DNA of 64,000 bases from Octopus vulgaris (lineage: Eukaryota): positions 17,918,001 through 17,982,000 of the forward strand of contig OX597822.1 of assembly GCA_951406725.2 (NCBI GenBank). Direction: 5' to 3'. The position numbers and the translations under genes were made by a program. Positions 39,325-52,864 of this stretch are shown piece after piece; positions within the stretch are counted from its first letter, which is position 1; each line of letters opens with the position of its first letter. Under the pieces are notes generated by a model that did not search any database, was not told the origin of the DNA, and worked only from the letters and a program-made list of their open reading frames with translations.

Positions 39325-39929
39325 ATTATACCTACCTATCTATCTATCTACCTATCTATCTATCTATCTATCTATTTATCTATCTATCTATATATATATA
39401 TATATATATATGCATATCAAGTATATTTGTAACTAGTGGACAGATTTATTGTTATGAGCTAGCTCACAGGAATGTGTGTGTATGTGTGATGTGCTGTTTC
39501 GCATCACAAACATGTAGCCATTGACAAGCACAGACATAGATATGGCTATGTTAAACTGGCAGCTGACCTAGTGACCTTTCAAACTGGAGTGATTAATACT
39601 TTGATATTTTCATTTAAAAACAATGAAGGTTATTCATTACTGTTGGACCTCAATTCAGTGGGATTCAGTTTCAATTCTAGCACCAGGCTGATTCGTTTTT
39701 CATTTATTTTATTTTATTGCCATTTCTTAATAATGCCATTATTGATCATCAAAGGTTCCAAACTGACCAATCACTGGTGCAGCTCTTTTTTCATGATGTC
39801 CAGATCTATAATGAATGTCTGTAAGTTCTGGTGCAGAACAGCTATTTTGGGTTGCTTTGTTTGGAAAACACCAGTTTTTCTGTTCTCTTGTCAATGAATA
39901 CATCTGATACTAATACACATTAATGAATG

Positions 39930-39949
39930 CACACATACACACACACACA

Positions 39950-40035
<86 letters not shown>

Positions 40036-40090
40036 TACACACACACACACGCATACACACACACGCTCTCTCTCTCTCTCTCTCTCACAC
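39930..40090. repeat. Compound (CA)n/(CT)n microsatellite
   Basis: Direct reading. Confidence 0.9.
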
Positions 40091-41469
40091 ATCTTGAAGA
40101 TGAATGAACTCCCTTAGGTTTAAATACTCTACACTCCCTATATGCCATCAAGACACTCCTACCCCTTCATAAAGTGTTGAGGACCCAAGACAAAGTTAAT
40201 GGGTAGCTTCTGTTTTCCCTGGACATAACTCTATCAAAGCACATGGCTTAGTGGTAAAAGTGTTTAGATTATAATCATAGGGGTGTGGGTTCAACTCCTG
40301 AACTGGTAGAGTGCCCCTGAGCTATGTTCTTCATTTCAAGGTGCTCCATTCTACTCAGCTTTAAATTACAATAAACCAGGTGTTTTTGTAGTGTTATATC
40401 CCTCTCCCGCTCTCCCCTCCCTCCCTCTCTCCCCCTTCCCTCTCTCCCCAGCTGTTGCATCTTAGCTATGTTTCTGGGTCAAGGCTAAGGGAGCTGAGGG
40501 ATAGTCAATGTCTGTTTATGACTACATAGGAAACCCCAGACAATTCGCCAAAACATTGTCCATGTTGCCAAGCCATACAATACTTGCTGGTGATGGCTGG
40601 CTGTGTTTGTTTAATTACACAGCACTCCTAGCATGTTTTTAGATTAGTTTTAGAATAAACACAATATTTGTTGTTTGCAACAAACTGCTAATTTGTTATA
40701 GATAAAGACTGACTGAATGGGTTTTTAAGGATTAGTGTACAATCATAAATAAAATGGTTACAAAAAGCTTGTACAACATTCATTTATGTTGGTGTGAAAA
40801 ATAATTATGTCTTTAAGCCCTGGTGACTGATATTGTACTAAATAATATTGTCTGTCATCTCTTAAATATTTTGTCGGTGGACAGCTTGAACAGTTCCGTT
40901 AATGTTTTGCTGTCGTAGTTTCAACCAAGAGAGTAAAAGCTTAACTTGTTTTTAAAATATCGTGTTGCAGACCACCAATAGTTAATCTCATAAAACATGT
41001 CTTGTAATATATCTTTTTGATTTCTCTTCGGCAACACATGACAGCATTTATTTTAATCATATTGGAGGAGGACGACTAAAATATCTATTGAATTGTTATT
41101 TAAAGTATACAAAGAAGTCTCTTATATCGTTTAAATTAATTGCGCATAAAAACAACTTCATTACTGTTTTTTTAATAAATGAAGGCAAAGTGACACATTC
41201 ACACACACACACAAACACTCTCTCTCTCTCTCTCCCCTCTTATCGGTCGTGTTATTCTTTGCTCCGCAGTGAAAGATTGTTTTTGTGTTGAAAATTGTGA
41301 AAATTTGCTGTTTCGGTCATCGAGACCACTTCTTTTCTGCTGTTGCAGCAGAATCTTGCTGTTGTTTCCTCCCTTGTTTCAGGGGGGAAGCGGCGAAAAA
41401 CACGAATTTGCCACCAATTTCTTCCAAGTCCTAGGAAAACTTTGAAATTTTGTGTGAAGGCATAAAGGC

Positions 41470-44400
41470 GAATATGTGGGAGGAGAAAGGTAAAGGCGTA
41501 GAGACGAATATGTGGGAGGAGAAAGGTAAAGGCGTAGAGATGAATATGTAGGAGGAGAAAGGTAAAGGCGTAGAGACGAATATGTGGGAGGAGAAAGGTA
41601 AAGGTGTAGAGACGAATATGTGGGAGGAGAAAGGTAAAGGCGTAGAGACGAATATGTGGGAGGAGAAAGGTAAAGGCATAGAGACGAATATGTGGGAGGA
41701 GAAAGGTAAAGGCGTAGTGACGAATATGTGGGAGGAGAAAGGTAAAGGCGTAGAGACGAATATGTCGGAGGAGAAAGGTAAAGGCGTAGAGACGAATATG
41801 TGGGAGGAGAAAGGTAAAGGTGTAGAGACGAATATGTGGGAGGAGAAAGGTAAAGGCGTAGAGATGAATATGTGGGAGGAGAAAGGTAAAGGCGTAGAGA
41901 TGAATATGTGTGAGGAGAAAGGTAAAGGCGTAGAGACGAATATGTGGGAGGAGAAAGGTAAAGGCGTAGTGACGAATATGTGTGAGGAGAAAGGTAAAGG
42001 CGTAGAGACGAATATGTGGGAGGAGAAAGGTAAAGGCGTAGAGACGAATATGTGGGAGGAGAAAGGTAAAGGTGTAGAGACGAATATGTGGGAGGAGAAA
42101 GGTAAAGGCATAGAGATGAATATGTGGGAGGAGAAAGGTAAAGGCGTAGAGATGAATATGTGGGAGGAGAAAGGTAAAGGTGTAGAGACGAATATGTGGG
42201 AGGAGAAAGGTAAAGGCGTAGAGATGAATATGTGTGAGGAGAAAGGTAAAGGCGTAGAGATGAATATGTGGGAGGAGAAAGGTAAAGGTGTAGAGACGAA
42301 TATGTGGGAGGAGAAAGGTAAAGGCGTAGTGACGAATATGTGTGAGGAGAAAGGTAAAGGCGTAGTGACGAATATGTGGGAGGAGAAAGGTAAAGGCGTA
42401 GAGATGAATATGTGGGAGGAGAAAGGTAAAGGCGTAGAGATGAATATGTGTGAGGAGAAAGGTAAAGGCGTAGAGATGAATATGTGGGAGGAGAAAGGTA
42501 AAGGCGTAGAGATGAATATGTGGGAGGAGAAAGGTAAAGGCGTAGAGACGAATATGTGGGAGGGGAAAGGTAAAGGCGTAGTGACGAATATGTGGGAGGA
42601 GAAAGGTAAAGGCGTAGAGATGAATATGTGTGAGGAGAAAGGTAAAGGCGTAGAGATGAATATGTGTGAGGAGAAAGGTAAAGGCGTAGAGATGAATATG
42701 TGGGAGGAGAAAGGTAAAGGCGTAGAGACGAATATGTGGGAGGAGAAAGGTAAAGGCGTAGAGATGAATATGTGTGAGGAGAAAGGTAAAGGCGTAGAGA
42801 TGAATATGTGGGAGGAGAAAGGTAAAGGCGTAGAGATGAATATGTGGGAGGAGAAAGGTAAAGGCGTAGAGACGAATATGTGGGAGGAGAAAGGTAAAGG
42901 CGTAGTGACGAATATGTGGGAGGAGAAAGGTAAAGGCGTAGAGATGAATATGTGTGAGGAGAAAGGTAAAGGCGTAGAGATGAATATGTGTGAGGAGAAA
43001 GGTAAAGGCGTAGAGATGAATATGTGGGAGGAGAAAGGTAAAGGCGTAGAGATGAATATGTGTGAGGAGAAAGGTAAAGGTGTAGAGATGAATATGTGGG
43101 AGGACAAAGGTAAAGGGGTAGAGATGAATATGTGGGAGGAGAAAGGTAAAGGCGTAGAGACGAATATGTGGGAGGAGAAAGGTAAAGGCGTAGTGACGAA
43201 TATGTGGGAGGAGAAAGGTAAAGGCGTAGAGACGAATATGTGGGAGGAGAAAGGTAAAGGCGTAGAGATGAATATGTGTGAGGAGAAAGGTAAAGGCGTA
43301 GAGATGAATATGTGGGAGGAGAAAGGTAAAGGCGTAGAGATGAATATGTGTGAGGAGAAAGGTAAAGGCGTAGAGATGAATATGTGGGAGGAGAAAGGTA
43401 AAGGCGTAGAGATGAATATGTGGGAGGAGAAAGGTAAAGGCGTAGAGATGAATATGTGGGAGGAGAAAGGTAAAGGCGTAGAGATGAATATGTGGGAGGA
43501 GAAAGGTAAAGGCGTAGTGACGAATATGTGGGAGGAGAAAGGTAAAGGCGTAGTGACGGATATGTGGGAGGAGAAAGGTAAAGGCGTAGTGACGAATATG
43601 TGGGAGGAGAAAGGTAAAGGCGTAGTGACGAATATGTGGGAGGAGAAAGGTAAAGGCGTAGTGACGAATATGTGGGAGGAGAAAGGTAAAGGCGTAGAGA
43701 CGAATATGTCGGAGGAGAAAGGTAAAGGCGTAGAGACGAATATGTGGGAGGAGAAAGGTAAAGGCGTAGTGACGAATATGTGGGAGGAGAAAGGTAAAGG
43801 CGTAGAGACGAATATGTCGGAGGAGAAAGGTAAAGGCGTAGTGACGAATATGTGGGAGGAGAAAGGTAAAGGCTTAGTGACGAATATGTGGGAGGAGAAA
43901 GGTAAAGGCGTAGTGACGAATATGTGGGAGGAGAAAGGTAAAGGCGTAGATACGAATATGTGGGAGGAGAAAGGTAAAGGCGTAGTGACGAATATGTGTG
44001 AGGAGAAAGGTAAAGGCGTAGAGACGAATATGTCGGAGGAGAAAGGTAAAGGCGTAGAGATGAATATGTGGGAGGAGAAAGGTAAAGGCGTAGTGACGAA
44101 TATGTGGGAGGAGAAAGGTAAAAGCGTAGAGAAGAATATGTGGGAGGAGAAAGGTAAAGGCGTAGAGACGAATATGTGGGAGGAGAAAGGTAAAGGCGTA
44201 GTGACGAATATGTGTGAGGAGAAAGGTAAAGGCGTAGAGACGAATATGTGGGAGGAGAAAGGTAAAGGCGTAGTGACGAATATGTGTGAGGAGAAAGGTA
44301 AAGGCGTAGAGATGAATATGTGGGAGGAGAAAGGTAAAGGCGTAGTGACGAATATGTGGGAGGAGAAAGGTAAAGGCGTAGAGATGAATATGTGGGAGGA

Positions 44401-44706
44401 GAAAGGTAAAGGCGTAGTGACGAATATGTGTGAGGAGAAAGGTAAAGGCGTAGAGACGAATATGTGGGAGGAGAAAGGTAAAGGCGTAGAGACGAATATG
44501 TGGGAGGAGAAAGGTAAAGGCGTAGAGATGAATATGTGGGAGGAGAAAGGTAAAGGCGTAGAGAGGAATATGTGGGAGGAGAAAGGTAAAGGCGTAGAGA
44601 CGAATATGTGGGAGGAGAAAGGTAAAGGCGTAGAGACGAATATGTGGGAGGAGAAAGGTAAAGGCGTAGTGACGAATATGTGGGAGGAGAAAGGTAAAGG
44701 CATAGA
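41470..44706 (+). repeat. 36 bp minisatellite, 90 units without indels
   Basis: Unit gaatatgtgggaggagaaaggtaaaggcgtagagac. The first unit starts at 41470 and the last at 44674 (difference 3204 = 89 x 36). Variants include gagac/gagat/gtgac and tggg/tgtg/tcgg. Confidence 0.97.
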
Positions 44707-44743
44707 AGCATTGCACACACTCGTTATAAACGCAGACGTCAAA

Positions 44744-45835
44744 ATGTCTAGCGAGGCTAAACAAGAGGAAAAATCGAAAATTAATTTTGCGAGTGCAACA
44801 ACTCACCCCAGTGAAAACATAGTAATAAACAATGAAGATTTAAAGAAACGTCAAGGACTACTAAAAAAAGGTGATAATGTGTAAATTTACGCGACAGAGA
44901 GAAAAACTGTGATATTTAAAACATATCATGTAAAAAATTTAAAAATTGACTTCGTACCGAGGGAAGCGATAGAAAAATGCTTGAGGCCGATATGGCAACA
45001 AACAAGCTATATAACGAGGGGTAGCTGCTTCGGCACTGTAGAGGTGCATTTCCCTACAATGACACTGAAGTCGGAAGAAGTAGTTCTCCTGCTGACTTAC
45101 TTAGGAAGGAGAACTTCAAAAGTCACAGTCACTGATATACCCCCTGAAATAGATGCAGCCTGGATGGTAGCCGCTATTCTCATAGGCAAAGAAGAAGAAA
45201 TTACCATTCTTCAATCTAAGATATACCACCACATGAACTGGGTTGGACAAGATTTAGAGCTTGTCATCCAAGCAAACCCCTCAGACTTAGAAAGAATGCC
45301 CAGTTCCCTTACAATTGGAGAAAATACCAGCCTGATGGTGGTAGTTGAGGGCAGAAAGCCCAGGTGTTACAAATGTGGTGAGAAAGGCCACATAAGGTCG
45401 AGCTGTAAGAAGAAGACAGCCAAAGAAAATGCAGCAGAAGAGGCAAGCACGACGCCGAAGACAACGACCACACAGCTAGAAATAGCAGCCACGTCACACA
45501 CACCAATTGCCGAAGTACAGTTGGCAGCGGGAGAAAACAACAACAACAACCAGGAGTGGGTCACCGTGGAACCTTCAAAAAGAAGACAGAAACGAAAAAA
45601 CCGACCCTCTTCGGATACACAGGACTATGCTCTGAGAGAGACAAGCACACCCACACCCACAAATACAGCTGCAAGCACACACATAACCAAAAATACACAC
45701 ACACTGGAAAAATCTCACACAAACACACAGACACCTACCACAAGCACACACACACCTACAAACACCCACACTTCTACAAGCACACACACACACACCCACA
45801 AGCACACACACACACACCCCTCCACAATCGCCTAA
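44744..45835 (+). pseudogene. LINE ORF1 (gag-like, zinc knuckle), one in-frame stop
   Basis: ATG at 44744 (MSSEAKQEEK...), TAA at 44882-44884, then the same frame continues into the 44909 ORF. Contains CYKCGEKGHIRSSC (CX2CX4HX4C), EWVTV..KRR, and a Thr/His-rich low-complexity tail. Confidence 0.85.
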
Positions 45836-46162
45836 TATAAAAAAGAGAAACACCTTCACGGCGATAAACAAAAATAATAAATGCTTAAGCGACCAAAAAT
45901 ATATCGCAGCAGATATAAACAGTATTATTCTTGAAAATGTCGAGTTTTATACCATAGACAACACAGACTATTTCGAACTAAAAAAATCTTTTGCAGAGTA
46001 CATCGGCCTGTTACAGATGAACTTTTCAAGTCATCTGTACAGGCAATTGGCGAAAAAAATGACCTCACAAACCACATCACTCACAGACAGAAAAGAGGAG
46101 GGTGAAACTACATTCTCTCTCTCTCCCATTAAAACAGTAAGTTTTAAACATTCGACTTATTT

Positions 46163-48040
46163 TTGACATTCTCGTTTAAACTCAGTTGTTTAAATATTCA
46201 CGGCCTGGGGTCGTATTGGAAGCAAGGCTACCTCCTCAACAACCTTGGGTCGCATCGTTTGGATGTAGTTGTAATTACCGAATCCAGACTGAGTGGGCTG
46301 CAGTCTTTTTCACCCCTTCTAAACGGCTACGAGAAATACATTTCTCCCTGTCAATCGGGAGGGGGCAGAGGAGTGGCAGTGTTGGTCAGAAAAATCCTGG
46401 ATTTAGAGATTAGCACTGTCTTTATAGATCCAGAAGGCAGGTTGGTCGTTTTGGATGTGATGCATAGCAGTGGTAAAGTGTTCAGGCTGGTCGCTGTCTA
46501 TGCTCCCTGCAAAGGAAAAGTCGGACAGAAAGATTACTTCAAAAGCCTAGAGAATATTCTCGGCTTGTCGAACACATTAGTATTGCTAGGTGACTTCAAC
46601 ATAATTTGCGATGCATGCTTAGATTATGTTGGCTCGAGAAAGAATACGAGGGGATTACCTCACCTCAACGATCTGCTAAGTCGTTTCGAGTTGGCAGATC
46701 AATTCAGACTGGACCACCCAGACGTTCCAGCATGGACCTGGGCAAGAAACGACGGGTCATCCAGATCTTACATAGATAGAATCATAACTAGAAGGAAAGA
46801 TAAGAAAATACTTAGCTGTCCACAATACCATATCGTCAGCTACAGTGATCACAAATTAGTGACCTGTACGCTCGACCTATATAGTATGTGTAGACAAGGT
46901 ACCGGTTACTAGAAGCTAACCAAGTCAGTATTGGACTGTAAAGCCTACAGGAAGCGGATTAGACAATTAGTAATGAGGGCTTTAACCGGATCCATTATCA
47001 ACAACAAATGGTGGTACACCCTGATAAGAGCCATCAAATTTGAGTCAATTAGGTTTAGCAAAGAATTAGCTAGTGCTAGAAACAAAGTAGAAAAGGAAGT
47101 AGTTAAGGCAGTAGATGAGGCAATGAGGTCAGACAGTGCATCGAAAGTGTTAGTGGTGAGGTTGGTACTCAACCAACATCTCAAAACTAAACACGAAGGG
47201 TGCATTGTCAGGGCTAAGATCCGTGCAATGAGACAGGAAGGGAACAATGCAGCCGGATGGGCCCAGTGTGGTAGAGGGCCAGTGTGGCAACAACTCAACC
47301 ATTCGGACTTTGACAGACCCAAATGGTCGATCAGTAAACGAACCCATGGAAATGTGCAAGATGTTTCACAATCATTTCGCCCAGCTATTCGGGATGAGCG
47401 TGGGGAGAAGCTCGCAGACTTCCTAGCCGGTTCTCTGCGTCTATCGAGGCCGGACGCAGGATCTTGTGAGGCGCCGATCACAGCCAAGCAAGTTGAGGAT
47501 GCGTTGGCAGACTGCGGCGGGGACAAATCGCCAGGACTCGATGGTCTGCCTTACAAACTCTATAGTAGCATGCCAGACTTGTTTGGGCACCTACTTGCAT
47601 GCATGTACACCAACTGGCAGCAGAACAGGAGAATTCCCAAGTTTGTGAGCCAAGGGGTGGTAGCGCTGTTAAGAAAGGACCCAAACAAGGGGGATTTAAT
47701 TGATAATTTTCGGCCCATCACTCTGCTTAATGCAGAGTTGAAGATTTTGGCCAAGGTCTTAGCAAAAACGTTGGCGCGGGTCGTGAGTGAACTTGTTGGC
47801 GAGGCGTAAACTTGCGCTATCCCTGGAAGGACCATCCATGACAATCTCCACTTTCTACACTATGCCTTAGAAAGGGTAAATAGGATTCCTGGTAAGGGTG
47901 GGGCTATGGTCCATTTGGACCAATCGAAAGCGTTTGATAGGTTCGACCATCAGTATCTGGTAGTGGTCCTCGCGGTGGCTGGCTCAGGCCCAACCTTACA
48001 CGGATGGATCAACGCTTTATAAAGCAACATCGAATTGGTA
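46163..48040 (+). pseudogene. LINE ORF2: AP-endonuclease and N-terminal half of RT, with stops
   Basis: LNIHGL, ITES, VYAP, LGDFN, WTW, IDRI, SDHKLV, GTGY*KL, KSPGLDGLP, NFRPITLLNAELKILAK, *TCAIPGRTIHDNL, LDQSKAFDR. It ends before the YADD motif. Confidence 0.9.
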
Positions 48041-48634
48041 CTTTTTTATAAGCATGATCAGTTTGGAACCTCGGATCAGTGATGGCATTTGTTAAATTGC
48101 AATAAATAAATTCTGAAAGAATAAGCTTATTGCTGGAATTGAAACTAAAACCCAGTGCATTGAGACTCAACAGTAATGAATAACCTTTATAAGCTTTAAA
48201 AGCTAAGGTGGTCTAGGCTGGATTTGAATCCAGAGTCCAGAAAGTCAGAACAAGTATCCTGAAGCATTCTGACACTTTAAACAACTCTGCTGGTTCACCA
48301 TTATTTGCATGCAACATTTTTGTTAAAATTTGGGAGTCTTTGTCTGTTATCTTTCGAATTTGTTAGTTTCTTTCCAAGAAGAATGATCTATTTCAAACAC
48401 CAATTGTATGCAATATGTATTATGGAATTTCTCCTCTTTTCTTTCTTTCTTTTTTTTTTTTGAGCGTATTTCCTTTGCTTGCTTCCCAGTCTGTTTCTAA
48501 AAGTTCACATACAATGGCCCACCACTTTATCATAAGTCTTCTGTCTATATTGCCTATCCCCCACTTTTGGTATGTACTTCACAGATTTGCTTATGCGTGA
48601 ATACATCTATCTTCTGCTGTTAACGACTATTGTA

Positions 48635-48673
<39 letters not shown>

Positions 48674-50739
48674 TGTACTTGTGGTCAGCATCATCTCCAT
48701 CTCTATGTTTAAGGCATCATTACTATGATTATGTTAATGCATACTAACACACGTTGGTGCTGTTAACCACAACTGTATTTAGTTCAACCCTATTAACGCC
48801 AATACAGATGTCCATTACATAATGTTGGTTCTGAACTGTGAACAGATTTAACGACGGTTTGTGCAGGTGAGCATTAGAAATAATTGAAACAGTAGTTTTA
48901 TGGCTGCATGCCAACTACTTTATCAAGAAAATGCTAACAATATCGAAATAAAAGCATGGAATTGTGATAACAGAAATGTTTTCAAATACTTACCAGAAAT
49001 ACAAACAGCATATTTTAAATGAAACCTGAATTTGTCCAACTGGGCAATTAAGCTGGTTCGTTAATGTCATTCTGATGTTCCATTCTGTTTTAATGCTTGT
49101 AATATGAAAAATGGAATGGGACAAGTCCATTTTGTGGAACAAATTAACATTACTTTTAGCAATAAAGAAAGAAATCTATTTATTTATTTATTAAGATTAT
49201 GGAATAAGCTTTTTGAAGCATTAGAATCCCAGAGAAGCCAAATATAGTGCCATGAATCATTAGAAATTTCACAAGCAGTCACTGGCTTTGAAACTGGAAA
49301 GTAAAGTGTATGATGTTGTGAGGAAGCTGGCCTCCCAACAATATGTTTTCAGATTCAGTTCCACTGTACAGTACCTGTGGTAAATACTTCATCTATATCC
49401 CAGATTCGACCAAAGCCTCATGAGTAGATTTGATAAACAGAAACTGGAGAAGATTATCATATATTTATATGTGTGTGTGTGTGCGTGTGTGTATCTATGT
49501 ATGCATATATTTATGTGTGTACTTTATCTTAACATTGTATAATGATTGTAAATAAGCATCACTGTCATACAAGCTGTGTTGTTAATTTCTTGTCAGCCGT
49601 GAAAAAGATGTCTGACCCTGGGGACACATTACTTGGCTTGGAAACAAGTGAGGGTTGTTGACTGGAAGAGCATCTGGGTAGAAAACTAACCACAGCAAAT
49701 TCCTTCTGAGCCATACAAACTGTAGACCACATGCACCTACAGGTGACACTCAGAGGAGCAAGAGAATGACTTGACCAAAAATGAATTAATCTCTACTATG
49801 GTATTGAGTACTCTTTTTTTTTTGTCGATGGTCAACACTAAATGGATATATATTATATATATGATGAGCTTCTTTCAGTTTCTGTTTATCAGATCCACTC
49901 ACAAGACTTTGGCCTAACACTATTGTGGAAGATACTTCCCCAAGGTGGTACCCAGTGGAATTCAAGCTGATTAGGAAGCAAGCTTCTTGATCTCACAACC
50001 ACATCTGTGTTTTTATAGACATTCAACCATATCACTAGTATGTGCACTTTATATGATCCCTCATCACTTGGTGCAGCAATATTCATCCATAGCTGCACAC
50101 TTAGAACTGGGAGCAGAGGAAGTACAATTAGTCAAGCAAATAAATCCAGCATGATTGAGACACTGCAGCTCCTAGACATACATATAGGTTGTTATCCCTG
50201 CATAAAGAGTCCCTAACAGAATTGGTAAGCACTGGCAAAATGTCTGGTGCTAAAGCTCTTTACATACTAAGTTCAAATACTCTAACAAGTCTTTCATCTT
50301 TTATAGCTTCTTAAAATTAAATCCAGTCAAATACTGCGGATTCTTGTTATCATCTTCTTTCCTTCACCTCAAAACTTCTCAACTTGTGCTGAACTGTTCA
50401 ATATTTGGTAGATTGAGGCAAATGTCTACTGCATCACCTGCTACACCTCCATGTGTGCAGCATTGAGTGTTCTCTTCTGCTGTTAGGTGTGTGCAAACTC
50501 TTCCTGGTACTGTATTGTGTTAGGTTTTTTTGTATTTTATCTCTCTTGAGGTGTGGTGCAGTCTTTTGTTGTGTTACTGCTTGTATTGTGTGTTGTGTAA
50601 TGGTTTGGTTTTTCAGGATTGCTGGTGGATGTTTATTTCATTGAATAAATGCTGTATAGCGCGTGTCTTGTATTTGTAGGTTGTTTTGTTTAAATTGTAT
50701 TATTGGATTGATAGTGTCTTGCATCGGATGTGGGCTGTA

Positions 50740-52045
50740 ATATTGAGGATCGAGGTATAGCTTCCACTTTTTTCTTCATATGTTATTTCATCATGCTCAA
50801 TGCTCCAACTATTATTGGGATTGTTTTACCTTCATGCTCCACATTTTGAATACTTCAATTTCAATAATAGCAGTTCTGCGGCATTTTTTACATTCCATGC
50901 TACGTTGTTTTCTTCTGCTCTTAATACTGTGTTCTCATCCAATACGTCCTCTTCTCCTCTTTTTCTTGGTATATACAGTTTGTCTGTGTCACTTTTGCGT
51001 GGAGTGACTCATATCTAGTTAGAGCAACTTCCTTGTCTTTCTGTCTAAGCTGTTTAGTTCATCTACTGTCCATGCAATTACCCCTACTCCATATCTAAGG
51101 CATGAAACTGCCCAGGTGTTTATAGCTTCAATCTTATTCTTTCCATTTAATTTCGACTTTAGGATCAGTCTCAGTCTGTACAAGTACTTCACCTTAAATT
51201 TTTTTGTCATTTCTTTCTCCATTATTTTATTTATTTCCCAAATCCCCAAGTACTTACAGCCTGTCTCTTCTATCTGCTTCATAACCTCCCACCGACTGTA
51301 TCACTAGCCTGTCCATACATTTCATTTTGCTTCTCTTCTAGACTAACACACCACACTTTCACAGCCCGAACTCCATTCTGATATCAGCACTGAAGGTATA
51401 CACTGTATCAATGAGGGAACTGACTTGGGCTTCATTTTTACCATAAAATTTGAGGTCATCCATGAATAACAAATGGTTGGCTTTTTGTTGGCAGCTTTTG
51501 AATACTTACCTAGATTTTGCTTTCCTCAGAATCAGTGTTAGTGATATGAAGCACAGTACAAAGATCAGTGGAGACAGGCAGTCCCCTTGGAAGATGCCTC
51601 TCCTAATTTCTACTGTTCCTAAACTTCTTCCGTATGCTGTCAGGTCCATCCACCAATTCTCCATACTTTTCCCAAGCAATCACTCAACATTTGATGCAAT
51701 GCTAAATAGATTCATACACTCCATAATCCAAGAATGTGGGATCATATCATACACCTTATGATAGTTGATCCATGACATGGCTAACTTATTTTTCCTCCTC
51801 TTGCAGTCTCTAAGTACAGTTTTGTCTATCAGGAGCTATCATCATCATCATCTCCTCCTCCTCAGGTTTTATTGTAACTCCTGGAGTCTTGCATGCATAG
51901 CAGACTTGCTGTCTGGTAACCTCCATGCTATCTTTTCTTTTCAATTCTCCAATACTTTCCTGATTATTCTGGGATCATGCCAATGAGGCAAACCTTTTGT
52001 AACAGTTCTACGGAACACTATTCCAATCTCCTCTATATTCTTATT
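50740..52045 (-). mobile_element. Rearranged R4/Dong-clade LINE fragments (RT and RLE)
   Basis: WINYHKVYDMIPHSWI, GIFQGDCLSP, NHLLFMDDLK, KYLGIWE...KLNGKNKIEAINTWAVSCLRY...LDRKTRKLL, KSDTDKLYIPRK, VKTIPIIVGAL. 51850-52045 matches the 3' end at 9585-9740. Confidence 0.8.
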
Positions 52046-52864
52046 AAATGGCAGTCTTTGATTATACATCTAGAACCTGGTCACTGATATCCCATTAACT
52101 CATTGCAGGGGTTCTGTCCCCACTCCCCAATTCCAAATTGTAGGACTTGTCATATTAACACACGTCTAGAATAACTACTTAATTACTTTGTGTTTGCGTA
52201 TACCAGTGTAAAATGGTGTACCTAATTGCATTCATTTTTTGTCACAGAAAGATAACTTTATCATCAGTAAATAGCAATCAATAACTTAAGTACCAGATTC
52301 TGTTCAATATGACAAAAGTAAGTACATTAAAGGCAGTGCTCCAATGTGGCCACAGTCTTGTGACAAAAATAAATTAAAGAGTAAAGAAATTTGTAGATTT
52401 TGCTGGTTGTTAAAACACAGTCTCAAGTTCCATTTCCATTTTGATGCCTGTAACAGAACCAAATTGGAATTTTTTTTTTGTGTTGTTTGTTTTTGTTTCT
52501 TGTGGTTTTCAGCTTGATTTCATCTCATGATTGGAATTCTGTGAAGCAAGCAAAAGCATCACTTTTAACAATAACTATTTATTTACCAAACTTGTTGTCT
52601 TCATCACATTAAAAACATTCTCTCATGTAGTTTTATGATATTCTTCCATTCTTTGATTCCAATAGACTCTTTTCAACAAATCTCTGAAGACAAACAGAAA
52701 ATACATTTGGACATGTTCAGTATTTCTTTTAATTCTATTTACATTCATCTATTCCAAACTGATTTGTTTTTTTGTTTTGTTTCTTCTTATTCTGAATGTA
52801 CCTTCTAATGTCGTGACGTAATTATTGATGTTTATTTTTCATATTTGATTATTTTTATTTTTAG

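Larger units (their letters stand above)
41240..48040 (+). mobile_element. L1/Tx1-clade LINE, 5' region present, 3' truncated within RT
   Basis: ORF1 with a CCHC knuckle followed by ORF2 with APE and partial RT. The 5' boundary is inferred next to the (CT)n tract at 41217-41240. Confidence 0.85.

Noticed and set aside
40241-40310. Possible tRNA gene (tggcttagtgg ... ggttcaactcc)
   Set aside because: A and B boxes are present but no convincing cloverleaf could be folded; more likely a decayed SINE head.
41470-44706. CRISPR-like array (36 bp repeats)
   Set aside because: The units are contiguous with no unique spacers, there are no cas genes, and the context is a eukaryotic LINE.
41379-44806. 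Minus-strand ORFs of 1113, 1103 and 310 aa
   Set aside because: These are by-products of a stop-free repeat whose length is a multiple of 3; there is no independent coding evidence.
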